Origin: Opitutales bacterium
GTDB taxonomy: Bacteria > Verrucomicrobiota > Verrucomicrobiia > Opitutales > PNEW01
Assembly (NCBI GenBank): GCA_965219535.1
Contig: CBDCNV010000002.1
Location: 2,280,001 to 2,312,000 of the forward strand
Reading direction: 5' to 3'
DNA: 32,000 nucleotides
Shown here one piece after another: positions 24,180 to 32,000 of the stretch (position 1 is its first letter; each line of letters opens with the position of its first letter). The position numbers and the translations under genes were made by a program. The notes below the pieces were generated by a model, which saw only the letters and a program-made list of their open reading frames with translations, did not search any database and was not told where the DNA came from.

Positions 24180-25501
24180 TGACCGCCGGGGACTGGACCA
24201 TTGCCAGTGAGAGTCTTTCCGTAAATAAGAACGGAAAGACGAATGAAACAGAAAAGACACAACACCGAGCAGATCATAGCAATCCTGCGCGAAGTAGACA
24301 GCGCCAGAGGCATCCAGGAAGTCTGCCGTGAGCACAACATCAGTGCTCAAAGTTACCATCGCTGGCGAAAAAGATATGACCAGATAGACCTACGCAATGC
24401 GAGGCGGCTAAAGGAACTTGAACGCGAGAACATGGAACGGAAAAAGATGTTAGCCGAGCAGATGTTAAAGAATCGCGTATTGGAGGAAGTGGATAAAAAA
24501 ATGGTAAGCTCGTCGCATAAGAAAGAAGCGGTCAAGCATGTGGTAGCCCAGGGGGTTTGCTCGCTGCGTTGGACCTGCAGGTTTTTTGGGCTCCATCGCT
24601 GAACTTATCTCTACGAGTGCAAGCGAGAATCTTATTGTAATCAGACCATGGTGAGACGAATCATTAGACTTTCAAAGGTACATTCACGTTATTGCTATCG
24701 TCGTATTCGTGCCCTAATGGACAAAGAGGGGTGGAAGGTAAACTGTAAATTGGTGCAAAAAGTGCGAAGAACTGAAGGGCTTGGAGTGAAACCCTCTCGT
24801 CGCCGACAGAGACGACGAGGGCACTCTACTGGGCTCCCTACCAAAGCAGTAAAGCCGAACCATGTATGGAGTTGGGATTTTGTTGCCGACCACACCGATC
24901 GCGGGGGACAACTGCGGATGATGACTTTAATCGATGAACATACCCGTCAATGCCTAGCCATAAAGATATCTCATTCGCTCAAAAGCGAAGACGTGGTGCA
25001 ACCCCCATGCATCCGCTCCGATAACGGTTCGCAGTTCGTAGCACAAAAAGTCACAGAAGCACTCCTCAAGCGCCAGATCGACATTATCTACATCGACCCT
25101 GGCAGTCCTTGGCTACCGAGCGAAGCGACCCCTCAACGAGCGAAAGCGAGAATAATAAACGGCCATGTTGAATCCTTTCACCATCGACTGCATGACGTAC
25201 CGAGGAACGCAGTGACGACATAGCGAAGCACTCATGCTTAAACCAGGAGTGGTTTTTAAGCGTTACCGAAGCGCGTGTTGTCATCCATGCGTGGAAGCAA
25301 AAATACAATACCCATCACCCTCATTGTCGTTTAGGCTTTCTCTGTCCCAACGCTTTTGCCAAACTCTGGCAGGAACTCAATCCAACAGGTGCTGGCTCCA
25401 CTCGGCCTATGGTTTCCCTCCGCCAGCACCTGCTAAACCAGCAACAGATAACCCACGGAATGACTCTCACTTAACTTGGTAGTAATTATGGGGTCCAATC
25501 A
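24180..25501 (+). mobile_element. IS3-family insertion sequence, decayed
   Basis: The candidate imperfect terminal inverted repeats are TGACCGCCGGGGACTGGACCATTGCCAGTGAGAGTC (24180-24215) and the reverse complement of GACTCTCACTTAACTTGGTAGTAATTATGGGGTCCAATCA (25462-25501). Both share TGA...TGGACC...AGTGAGAGTC. The transposase reading frames are broken; see the pseudogene entry. Confidence 0.8.
24243..25474 (+). pseudogene. IS3-family transposase (HTH OrfA part plus DDE/rve OrfB part), inactivated
   Basis: The HTH part is EQIIAILREVDSARGIQEVCREHNISAQSYHRWRKRY. An in-frame TGA lies at 24600-24602 inside ...CRFFGLHR*TYLY. The DDE region is WSWDF...IRSDNGSQF...NGHVESF, with missing or extra segments. 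The C-terminal CLNQEWFLSVTEARVVIHAWKQKYNTHHPHCRLGF is readable only in a different frame (about 25226-25474). Confidence 0.85.
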
Positions 25502-25519
25502 ACACCACACAATCGACAA

Positions 25520-26722
25520 TCAGATGGGTTTGTCCCCCAACTCTGGAAAGACAGGTCCAGTATAAGGTCTGTTCGCCACTACTTCCTCGTTCAACTCGAC
25601 ACCCAGGCCAGGTGCGCTCGGTGGTATAATGTAACCGTCCTCCCAACGAATGGGATTCTTGAGAACCTCAGCATGAAAACTGCCAAAAGTCTCAATGCTT
25701 TCCTGGATTAAAAAATTGGGGCTGCAGGTAGCGATCTGTATATTCGCGGAGGCTTCAATCGGACCACAGTAAAGATGCGGGGCGATATGCGCGTAATGCG
25801 CTTCCGCCATCCCGGCAATCTTCTTAGCCTCGAGGATTCCTCCCACCCGTCCGAGAGCAGGTTGGAGTATTGCCGCAACCTGTTTCTCCAGTAAATCTAC
25901 AAACTCATATTTTGTTGATAGACGCTCACCGGTGGCGATGGGGATGCTGGTGGATTGGGCTACACGCGCCATTTCATTTATATTTTCTGGCGGCACCGGC
26001 TCTTCAAACCACAAGGGGTCAAAAGGCTCCATTCTTTTCGCAAGGCGGATCGCACTGGAGGTCGTCATTTGCCCGTGTGTTCCGATAAGTAAATCACACT
26101 TACTGCCGACTGCTTCGCGTGTGTTTTTAATCACCAGCTCGGCATTATCCAACACCTCGAGTGAAAGCTGCCGCGGATCAAAGGCGGTCATCGGCATCAC
26201 GGGGTCGAATTTTACGGCGGTGAATCCCTGCTCAACGTAGTCGGCAGCTCTTTGTGGAGTTAGCTCCGGGTGACCGAAGACATCAGCTATTGACCAGGCA
26301 TCTTTGGTGTCACTTTTCGGGTCCGGATAAAGGTAGGTATAAGAGCGAAGTTTTTCATGAACCTGGCCGCCAAGTAAGTTATAGATTGGCTGGTTGAGCG
26401 CTTTCCCTAAAATATCCCAGCAGGCCATTTCAATTGCACTGAGCACAGCCATTAACGTCATGTCGGGATGCTGAGAATACCCGCTCGAGTAGATAATCCG
26501 CCATAAACTTTCAATTCTGAATGGGTCCCAACCGATAACACAGCGCTCGACAACATCTTCAATCAGCTGGGCAACCTTGTTGGGATGAAACGGTGCCCCG
26601 TAGGCTTCACCTACGCCATCGATTCCGTTGTCGGTCGTTAACTTGAGGAAGACAAAATAGGGGCCCCCATTATGTGGCGGCGGATTCGCTACGACGTAAG
26701 TCTTTAGCTCTTTTATTTTCAT
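25520..26722 (-). CDS. mandelate racemase/muconate lactonizing enzyme (enolase superfamily) protein, probable sugar-acid dehydratase
   Basis: GIDGVGEAYG, SAIEMACWDILGKALNQPIYNLLGG, WFEEPVPP and IATGERL. It lies 49 nt downstream of the SDR gene on the same strand, so they are probably an operon. Confidence 0.9.
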   Translation of the reverse strand: MKIKELKTYVVANPPPHNGGPYFVFLKLTTDNGIDGVGEAYGAPFHPNKVAQLIEDVVERCVIGWDPFRIESLWRIIYSSGYSQHPDMTLMAVLSAIEMACWDILGKALNQPIYNLLGGQVHEKLRSYTYLYPDPKSDTKDAWSIADVFGHPELTPQRAADYVEQGFTAVKFDPVMPMTAFDPRQLSLEVLDNAELVIKNTREAVGSKCDLLIGTHGQMTTSSAIRLAKRMEPFDPLWFEEPVPPENINEMARVAQSTSIPIATGERLSTKYEFVDLLEKQVAAILQPALGRVGGILEAKKIAGMAEAHYAHIAPHLYCGPIEASANIQIATCSPNFLIQESIETFGSFHAEVLKNPIRWEDGYIIPPSAPGLGVELNEEVVANRPYTGPVFPELGDKPI

Positions 26723-26771
26723 ATAAACTTTTTCTTCGCATCTTTACCTGTCGATTTGATTTACCACTAAA

Positions 26772-27608
26772 CTACAACATAAACGCACCGCCAGTGACAG
26801 AAATTGCTAAACCGGTGAGATAATCGGACTCGGTCGAAGCGAGAAAAGCTGCCATTTTTGCAATGTCTTCACCTTTGGCTATCTGCTTTAGGGGAGTATT
26901 TGCGAGAACATTTTTATTCCATTCTTCAGTGAACGCCTCTTCCGACTGATCATCGGCTACGAGTGCGGAGGCCATATGATTCATCCGATTCGTTTCAACA
27001 TGACCGGGGCAGATAGCATTGACATTGATGCGGTGCTCACCCAATTCACGCGCCAATACTTGAGTGAGACCAATCACCGCGAACTTGGACGCACAGTAAG
27101 CACCGAAGCGGTCGTGTCCGGTTTTTCCGGACACCGATGACATATTAATTATTTTTCCCCTCTGTCCTTGATCAATCATCACCCTGGCAACGGCACGGCA
27201 GCAAAGAAAGGTACCCTTGGCATTAATTTCCTGGATCCGGTCCCAAACTGCTTCCTCTAAATCAACGATGGGTACCCGGTCACGACCGGGACTCGAACCG
27301 GCATTATTCACGAGTATATCGATCCGTCCAAACGCTGACAACGTCTGGTCAACCATCTGTTGCACACTATTGGCATCGGTTACATCCGCGAGGACGCATA
27401 CCCCCTTCCGTCCGTGTGCCTCGATTTCGCTAATGACCGCTGATAGTCCACCCCAGCCCGGTGAGAGGTCGGGATAGGGGTTTTCCACGATGTCACTGAC
27501 AACGACATCGGCACCCTCCCGCGCTAAACGCGTCGCGACTGCCCGCCCGATGCCAAGCTCCGCACCCGCACCCGTGACGATGGCCACTTTGTCTTTAAGA
27601 TCATACAT
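26772..27608 (-). CDS. SDR family oxidoreductase (FabG-like)
   Basis: VAIVTGAGAELGIGRA (T-G-x3-G-x-G), NNAG, and the catalytic S...YCASK (Y-x3-K). Confidence 0.92.
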   Translation of the reverse strand: MYDLKDKVAIVTGAGAELGIGRAVATRLAREGADVVVSDIVENPYPDLSPGWGGLSAVISEIEAHGRKGVCVLADVTDANSVQQMVDQTLSAFGRIDILVNNAGSSPGRDRVPIVDLEEAVWDRIQEINAKGTFLCCRAVARVMIDQGQRGKIINMSSVSGKTGHDRFGAYCASKFAVIGLTQVLARELGEHRINVNAICPGHVETNRMNHMASALVADDQSEEAFTEEWNKNVLANTPLKQIAKGEDIAKMAAFLASTESDYLTGLAISVTGGAFML

Positions 27609-27626
27609 GGGAAGTATTGGTGTAGA

Positions 27627-27650
27627 GGGTTCAGGGTACAGGGTTCAGGG
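27627..27650 (+). repeat. heptamer tandem repeat (GGGTTCA/GGGTACA x3 plus a terminal GGG), a G3N4G3N4G3N4G3 motif
   Basis: GGGttcaGGGtacaGGGttcaGGG lies 19-42 nt upstream of the SDR start codon, on the strand opposite to that gene. Confidence 0.7.
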
Positions 27651-28287
27651 TCAAGTGAACAATGCTTTGTAAGATGGGTTCGGGGTAGACAGGAGGGTGT
27701 CCCTTCGACTTCGCTCAGGGCAGGCGGGGTTCGGGTGGGAGAGACAGACAGTCGGGAAATTATCAAAGCGCAAATCAGCGTTATTTTAATTCAAGTCTAT
27801 TGGATTAAAGTATTTCGTGCTTGCTATGTAACTCCAACACTTACAATAAAAAATATTACAAACATATTTTCTAATTATGTTTAAATTATATTCAGTCTTA
27901 GCATTTTTTATTACTCTAAGCTCATTAACTTTATCGGCGAATGAAATTCATGAACTCTTTCGTGAAATTAAGCACTCCGTTGTCGTTATCAAGATTAAGG
28001 AGAAACAATCCTCTCCAACTAGAGAGCGTCTCATGGCTACTGATTGGACCCCGTTTTTCGTACCAATTATTAAGTGAGAGAGTTACCGGGTGTTAATGGT
28101 TTTAGCTGCACTTGGGACAATCGTCTTCAGTCTCTCCCATAAATACACTGACAGCTATTACGCTGCGGCGGTTTTATGTATGAGCTTTTCCCTCATCCTG
28201 TTTTTATTCTCATTGAAGATAAATAATCCCCAGGAAAAATTTGCACCTTCTCCATAACTATTTTACCATTAAGTCTCTTTATCAGCC

Positions 28288-29250
28288 ATGAAAGTTCTTT
28301 TTCTTCGCAACGCAGACAGGTTACATTTTTCTTATCATTATCTGGTTGAATTTATTGACGGTCGTTATCCCATTGTAATTTACGATCCAAACAAACCGGC
28401 TGCTGATCAGTTTAAGGAGATTGAGGTAGTCATTGATACGGGAGGGGCCATAGGAACCCATGAGATGATGGACGCGGCTAAAGCAGCTGAAGTTAAACTA
28501 TGGCAGGTTACGACCAACGGTCTCGACCATGTCGACACGGAATATATCTTGGGTAAAGGTCTGCTCCTCACCCACTCTCCGGGGCCCCTAACCGCTGTCC
28601 CTCTTGCAGAGCATGCGCTTCTTATGATTCTCTATTTCGCAAAAAACCTCAATCACAATCGCACCAAAGACTGGCATCGGGTGATGAACGATGAGCTCGA
28701 AGGAAAGACTTTGGGATTGGTCGGCTTCGGAGCAAGCGCGAAAGAATTGGCAAGACGGGCCCGGGCCCTGGGATTACGGATCATAGCCATTGATAATAGA
28801 GATATTCCGCAGCATGAACTCGACGAATTTCATCTCGCCTTTCTTGGATACCCCGAAGATCTTGAAAAAATTCTGGTCGAGTCTGATTTCCTTTCTGTGC
28901 ACGTTCCTTTAACCAAGCAAACGCGACACCTGATTGACCAGCACGCTTTCAGCGTAATGAAGGAAAAGGCGGTCCTGATCAATGTTGCGCGAGGAGAAAT
29001 CGTTGACAATGATGCACTGATTGAGGCCCTGACAAGCGGTCGCATTAAAGGTGCGGGTATCGACGCATACGCCGAGGAACCTTTGGCCCCGGAACATCCC
29101 CTTTTAAAGTTAGATAACGTTTTAACTACGCCGCATGTCGCTGGATTCACACAGGGGACGTGGCATCGACGCGCTAAAGCCGCCGCGGAGAATATTGATC
29201 GCTTAGCGAAAGGTTTATCCCCACGCAATCTAGTAAATCCACTGAGGTGA
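28288..29250 (+). CDS. D-isomer-specific 2-hydroxyacid dehydrogenase family protein
   Basis: GLVGFGASAKELARRARALG (G-x-G-x2-G), LINVARGEIVD and TPHVAG (the catalytic His region). Confidence 0.9.
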   Translation: MKVLFLRNADRLHFSYHYLVEFIDGRYPIVIYDPNKPAADQFKEIEVVIDTGGAIGTHEMMDAAKAAEVKLWQVTTNGLDHVDTEYILGKGLLLTHSPGPLTAVPLAEHALLMILYFAKNLNHNRTKDWHRVMNDELEGKTLGLVGFGASAKELARRARALGLRIIAIDNRDIPQHELDEFHLAFLGYPEDLEKILVESDFLSVHVPLTKQTRHLIDQHAFSVMKEKAVLINVARGEIVDNDALIEALTSGRIKGAGIDAYAEEPLAPEHPLLKLDNVLTTPHVAGFTQGTWHRRAKAAAENIDRLAKGLSPRNLVNPLR

Positions 29251-29460
29251 CCCCCCATGATTATAATTCAGTGAACACCCTGGTTGACAGTTTCTGACTC
29301 TTGGGACTTGCGATGGGCTTCCAGAATTTTCTGCATATCAGTCTTGGCCGGTGTGGCTTTAAATTAAAATTCGTTGCAATATTATTGGGAGTTATTAGCC
29401 TTATGGTTTTGATATGGGGAATATCAATTAATAGACTTTCCCTTTATAAATTGCGAAATA

Positions 29461-29469
29461 TGGTATAAT
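29461..29469 (+). promoter_or_regulatory. candidate extended -10 promoter element (TGgTATAAT)
   Basis: TGGTATAAT ends 22 nt upstream of the ATG at 29492. No good -35 is present, which is compatible with an extended -10 promoter. Confidence 0.35.
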
Positions 29470-29491
29470 TAACAGTGAATTAAAGTAAAAA

Positions 29492-30259
29492 ATGCTTACC
29501 GCGCATCAACTCACGCACTTCAATACTTTCGGTTTCCTTCCCCTGCGAGGATTATTCAGCCCGGGTGAAATTGAAACCTTCAAGGAGGAATTCAAGTCTA
29601 AGCTGGAAACCACCCGGCGCTACACAGAACCTGAAGACACGCCTCCCCAGGTTATAAGCTGGACCAACCTGGGTGCGCAGACGCCCCTTCTCGCCACCTT
29701 GATCGAAGACCCGCGCATTGTAAGCATCGCAGAACAGATAATGGGGGAAGACTGCGTTGGAATATCCTGCAACTCGATCAGCTACGTCAATGATACTGCC
29801 TGGCATGCCGATGATTATAATTTTCATATGCACGATCTAAAATTCCTCTTCTACCTCCAACCGGTTGATGAGGATAGCGGCGCTTTGAGGGTGATTCCCG
29901 GATCCCATAAGAAAGCTTTTCATAAAGAAATAGCAAAGTATGACGGTCTCACGGGTTATGATGATGCAGAGAACCGCCTTGGAACAGAACGTATTAAAGA
30001 AGGTCCAGCCTATATTTGCGACGTAGAACCGGGTGATGGATTTATCTTTGATTCCCATGTATGGCATGCCAGTTGTGGCGGATCGACGGATCGGCGCACG
30101 TTTTCCATCGTTTATTCTGGAAATCCAAAGAACGCAGAAGAAGGAAGGGCTCTAACGGAATATTTGCATATCACTAATGAAATCAGGACATCGGCAGCCG
30201 AAACAACTTTTGATTCTCCGTCTCCGGAATACCCGCTTGAATGGCTGGATAAATCCTGA
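29492..30259 (+). CDS. phytanoyl-CoA dioxygenase (PhyH) family Fe(II)/2-oxoglutarate oxygenase
   Basis: N-terminal LTHFNTFGFLPLRGLFSPGEI, WHADD (H-x-D), VIPGSHKK, a distal His in HVWHAS, and RRTFSIVY. Confidence 0.88.
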   Translation: MLTAHQLTHFNTFGFLPLRGLFSPGEIETFKEEFKSKLETTRRYTEPEDTPPQVISWTNLGAQTPLLATLIEDPRIVSIAEQIMGEDCVGISCNSISYVNDTAWHADDYNFHMHDLKFLFYLQPVDEDSGALRVIPGSHKKAFHKEIAKYDGLTGYDDAENRLGTERIKEGPAYICDVEPGDGFIFDSHVWHASCGGSTDRRTFSIVYSGNPKNAEEGRALTEYLHITNEIRTSAAETTFDSPSPEYPLEWLDKS

Positions 30260-30813
30260 GCAGAATCCCAGGCGGCAGCGGTGGATAGATTGGCTGCATA
30301 AGTGGAGATTTACAGAGATCGCCCAGGGCACGCTAATCCCGGACGATTCGACCTTACAAACCGTAAAAGCATTTTCTGATCCCTTTCGAGATACCCCGGC
30401 TGACGAATAGAGTCTGGTCGTGACCATTTATACCAACGATCTATAAGCAGATTTTTAAAAATCTCTGGCATTTAATTATAAAATAGCAGTTGCATTTGCT
30501 TCCAGATTAATGGGAGAAGTAGACTCCATTAATCTGGTGTGAAAGGCCAGCTAAGACGATTACATATATCGCTCCAACGATCCGACATCACAAAGCCAAC
30601 CAATTCTTCTTTGGAGTATATTCCCATAGGTACACATTTTGAATTCTTATCTGCGCATTTCAAAGACTTTGAATTTGACGCGATCAGATTTGCTTGATCA
30701 TAGGTAACTGAGAGTGCAATGCCGCAGTATTGCGATTATCTGCTCTGTTGTGTATCGTTTTCTTTTCATTGAGGTTATCCGTTTATCCCGATAACCTCTC
30801 TCTGTAAATGATA

Positions 30814-31054
30814 CGATTTTTGGGGGTCACTCCATACCCCCTTTTCCAGAGCCAAGTTTATATATTCAAAGCCGCCTGGCAACGGAAAATTACACCCCTT
30901 AGCAGGGAGCAGGAGTAAGCGAACCTGCGTCTCTGAGATCCCCAGTCATCGCGACCGCGGGGGTGAACTTAGACAAAAGGTTCGTTGCTCCTTACTCCCT
31001 GCTCCAAGGTGTAAACTCAAATTGTACCACTACCCGATTTTTGGGGTCACTCCA
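30814..31054 (+). repeat. 20/21-nt direct repeats bracketing a ~200-nt segment that contains an imperfect 34-nt inverted repeat
   Basis: CGATTTTTGGGGGTCACTCCA (30814-30834) and CGATTTTTGGGGTCACTCCA (31035-31054) are the direct repeats. Between them, the inverted-repeat arms 30892-30925 and 30979-31012 pair in blocks of 6, 9 and 5 bp. Confidence 0.75.
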
Positions 31055-31822
31055 GAAACGATTGCCTATTTTAAATTGTATGGGGCGACGAAAGGTATTT
31101 TCATTGCAGGTTCACTAGCTACGAGCGAGTCGGACGCATTCTCCGATATCGATTTGCGTGTTGTCGTTACCGACAATGAATTGGACCACTTTGTTGAAAA
31201 TCGATTAGAAGTCCCAAAGAATTGGGGAGCGCTTCTCTTTAATCAATGGTGGCCTCGTGCCCATCACTGTGTTTCCCATTTTAATCCGTTTGTTAAGTTG
31301 GATGTATTTTACTACGGAGTTTCAGAATTTGAACCTTCGCCCTGGTACGCTTTACCCATCCGTATTGCTTATGATCCAGAAAGTATAATTAAAAAAACAA
31401 TTGATCAATCAACATCCTTGTCTTTTGAAATAGATAAAGATGAAGTCAATCGTGTAATCAGCAGAGGGATTGCCTACGCGCATGAAGCGTACAGATGTTT
31501 AATGCGATCAGAATTATTTTATGCAAATAATCTAATGGATAGTCTGCGAAGCTGCATAATCTTATTAGACGATGCGATAAATGGACGAAATACAGTTTCT
31601 TCTCCTTTTTCCAAATACGAACAGAGAGCTGGGCAGAAGGATCTGCAAAAGATCACTGAGTCATACGGGCAGCTCAATAACAAACTGATGTTAGATAAGC
31701 TTAAAACACTAACGGAAGTTTATTGTAAAAAGGTAGAAATTGCACATAGGAAGTTTGCAATGAGCCGAGCAATTGAAGACGATCTCTCTGCGTTGGAGGT
31801 TATATTTAACGAGAAAATTTAA
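31022..31822 (+). CDS. nucleotidyltransferase-domain protein (ANT/MNT-like fold)
   Basis: GSLATSESDAFSDIDLRVVV is the G-S...D-x-D nucleotidyltransferase signature. The ORF has no ATG near its 5' end (TTG at 31022), so the true start is uncertain; see the finding on 30808-31057. Confidence 0.7.
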   Translation: MYHYPIFGVTPETIAYFKLYGATKGIFIAGSLATSESDAFSDIDLRVVVTDNELDHFVENRLEVPKNWGALLFNQWWPRAHHCVSHFNPFVKLDVFYYGVSEFEPSPWYALPIRIAYDPESIIKKTIDQSTSLSFEIDKDEVNRVISRGIAYAHEAYRCLMRSELFYANNLMDSLRSCIILLDDAINGRNTVSSPFSKYEQRAGQKDLQKITESYGQLNNKLMLDKLKTLTEVYCKKVEIAHRKFAMSRAIEDDLSALEVIFNEKI

Positions 31823-32000
31823 TAATTCAGGTGAAAGGCAAAGATGACGAAAAAGAAGGTTATCTCAGGTTAATCGATTCAAGATTCCTGTGATAGGGAT
31901 TGAAAAATTGGACTTAAAAGTATAATATTAAATGGATAAATTAGAATAACCTATAATCATAGAGGATATATGGTAACACAGGAACAGTTGAATCACTACT

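Noticed and set aside
27700-27730. cccttcgacttcgctcagggcagg (reads ..PFDFAQGR..) as a member of a known REP-like intergenic repeat
   Set aside because: I only vaguely recall similar FDFAQG-type strings in spurious ORFs from other phyla. There is only one copy in this window, so I cannot support a repeat call.
27877-28257. Two small ORFs in the AT-rich gap: a 66-aa ORF with a signal-peptide-like start and an HtrA-like ELFREIKHSVVVI stretch (27877-28077), and a 53-aa hydrophobic ORF (28096-28257)
   Set aside because: They are too short and too weakly supported to call. They may be remnants of a degraded protease gene or chance ORFs in AT-rich DNA.
30152-30427. ORFs 30177-30410 (+) and 30152-30427 (-) downstream of the PhyH gene
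   Set aside because: They overlap each other and the 3' end of the PhyH gene, and they have no recognisable motifs. They are probably non-coding.
30814-31054. Retron msr/msd, DGR template/variable repeat, integron attC or group I/II intron as the identity of the direct-repeat-flanked segment
   Set aside because: There is no reverse transcriptase or integrase nearby. The repeats are only 20 nt long. I saw no attC R'/R'' core sites and no intron catalytic core motifs. The nature of the segment is left open.

Overview
This is a gene-dense, mostly plus-strand 32-kb window. It looks like a marine polysaccharide or sugar-acid degrading heterotroph, possibly PVC-superphylum-like or sponge/seawater-associated, but that is a guess I cannot prove from the sequence.

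Coding content:
- Sulfated-glycan and oxidative genes: two Cys-type (C-x-P-x-R) sulfatases and three PhyH-type Fe(II)/2OG dioxygenases (one divergent).
- Sugar-acid genes: two enolase-superfamily (MR/MLE) paralogues, a gluconokinase, a frameshifted DapA-family aldolase, an SDR, an AKR and a D-2-hydroxyacid dehydrogenase.
- Other enzymes: a SAF-domain oxidoreductase, a ceramidase-like hydrolase, a cupin, a GT2, an AstE/AspA-family deacylase, an SGNH hydrolase, a DUF402 protein, a NUDIX hydrolase, a YpeA-like GNAT and a nucleotidyltransferase.
- A DegT aminotransferase, a CE4-like deacetylase and an MFS transporter sit next to the divergent PhyH.
- Two overlapping genes of unknown function.
- A decayed IS3-family element and an orphan tRNA 3' fragment.

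I see no rRNA, intact tRNA, CRISPR array or recognisable defence or secretion system.

The most unusual content is non-coding. At least seven copies of a modular intergenic repeat lie between 4.8 and 16 kb, all on the + strand. Each unit has a promoter-like module, a hexamer-periodic (ATCGNN)n/(CGATNN)n inverted segment, a conserved tail and a short hairpin plus T-run. One copy carries a four-helix-bundle (23S rRNA intervening-sequence protein family) gene after its left hexamer arm, where gene-less copies join that arm directly to the tail. The gene-less copies still keep the reading frame of that protein's Asp-rich C-terminal tail. The promoter-like module also sits directly in front of several unrelated genes.

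Secondary oddities:
- Two ~143-bp MITE-like elements whose termini are related to the repeat.
- A 220-nt segment bracketed by 20-nt direct repeats that appears to have split the 5' end of the nucleotidyltransferase gene.
- A tRNA-fragment / AT-rich / IS3-remnant junction.

All functional calls come from motif recognition by eye. No searches were run.
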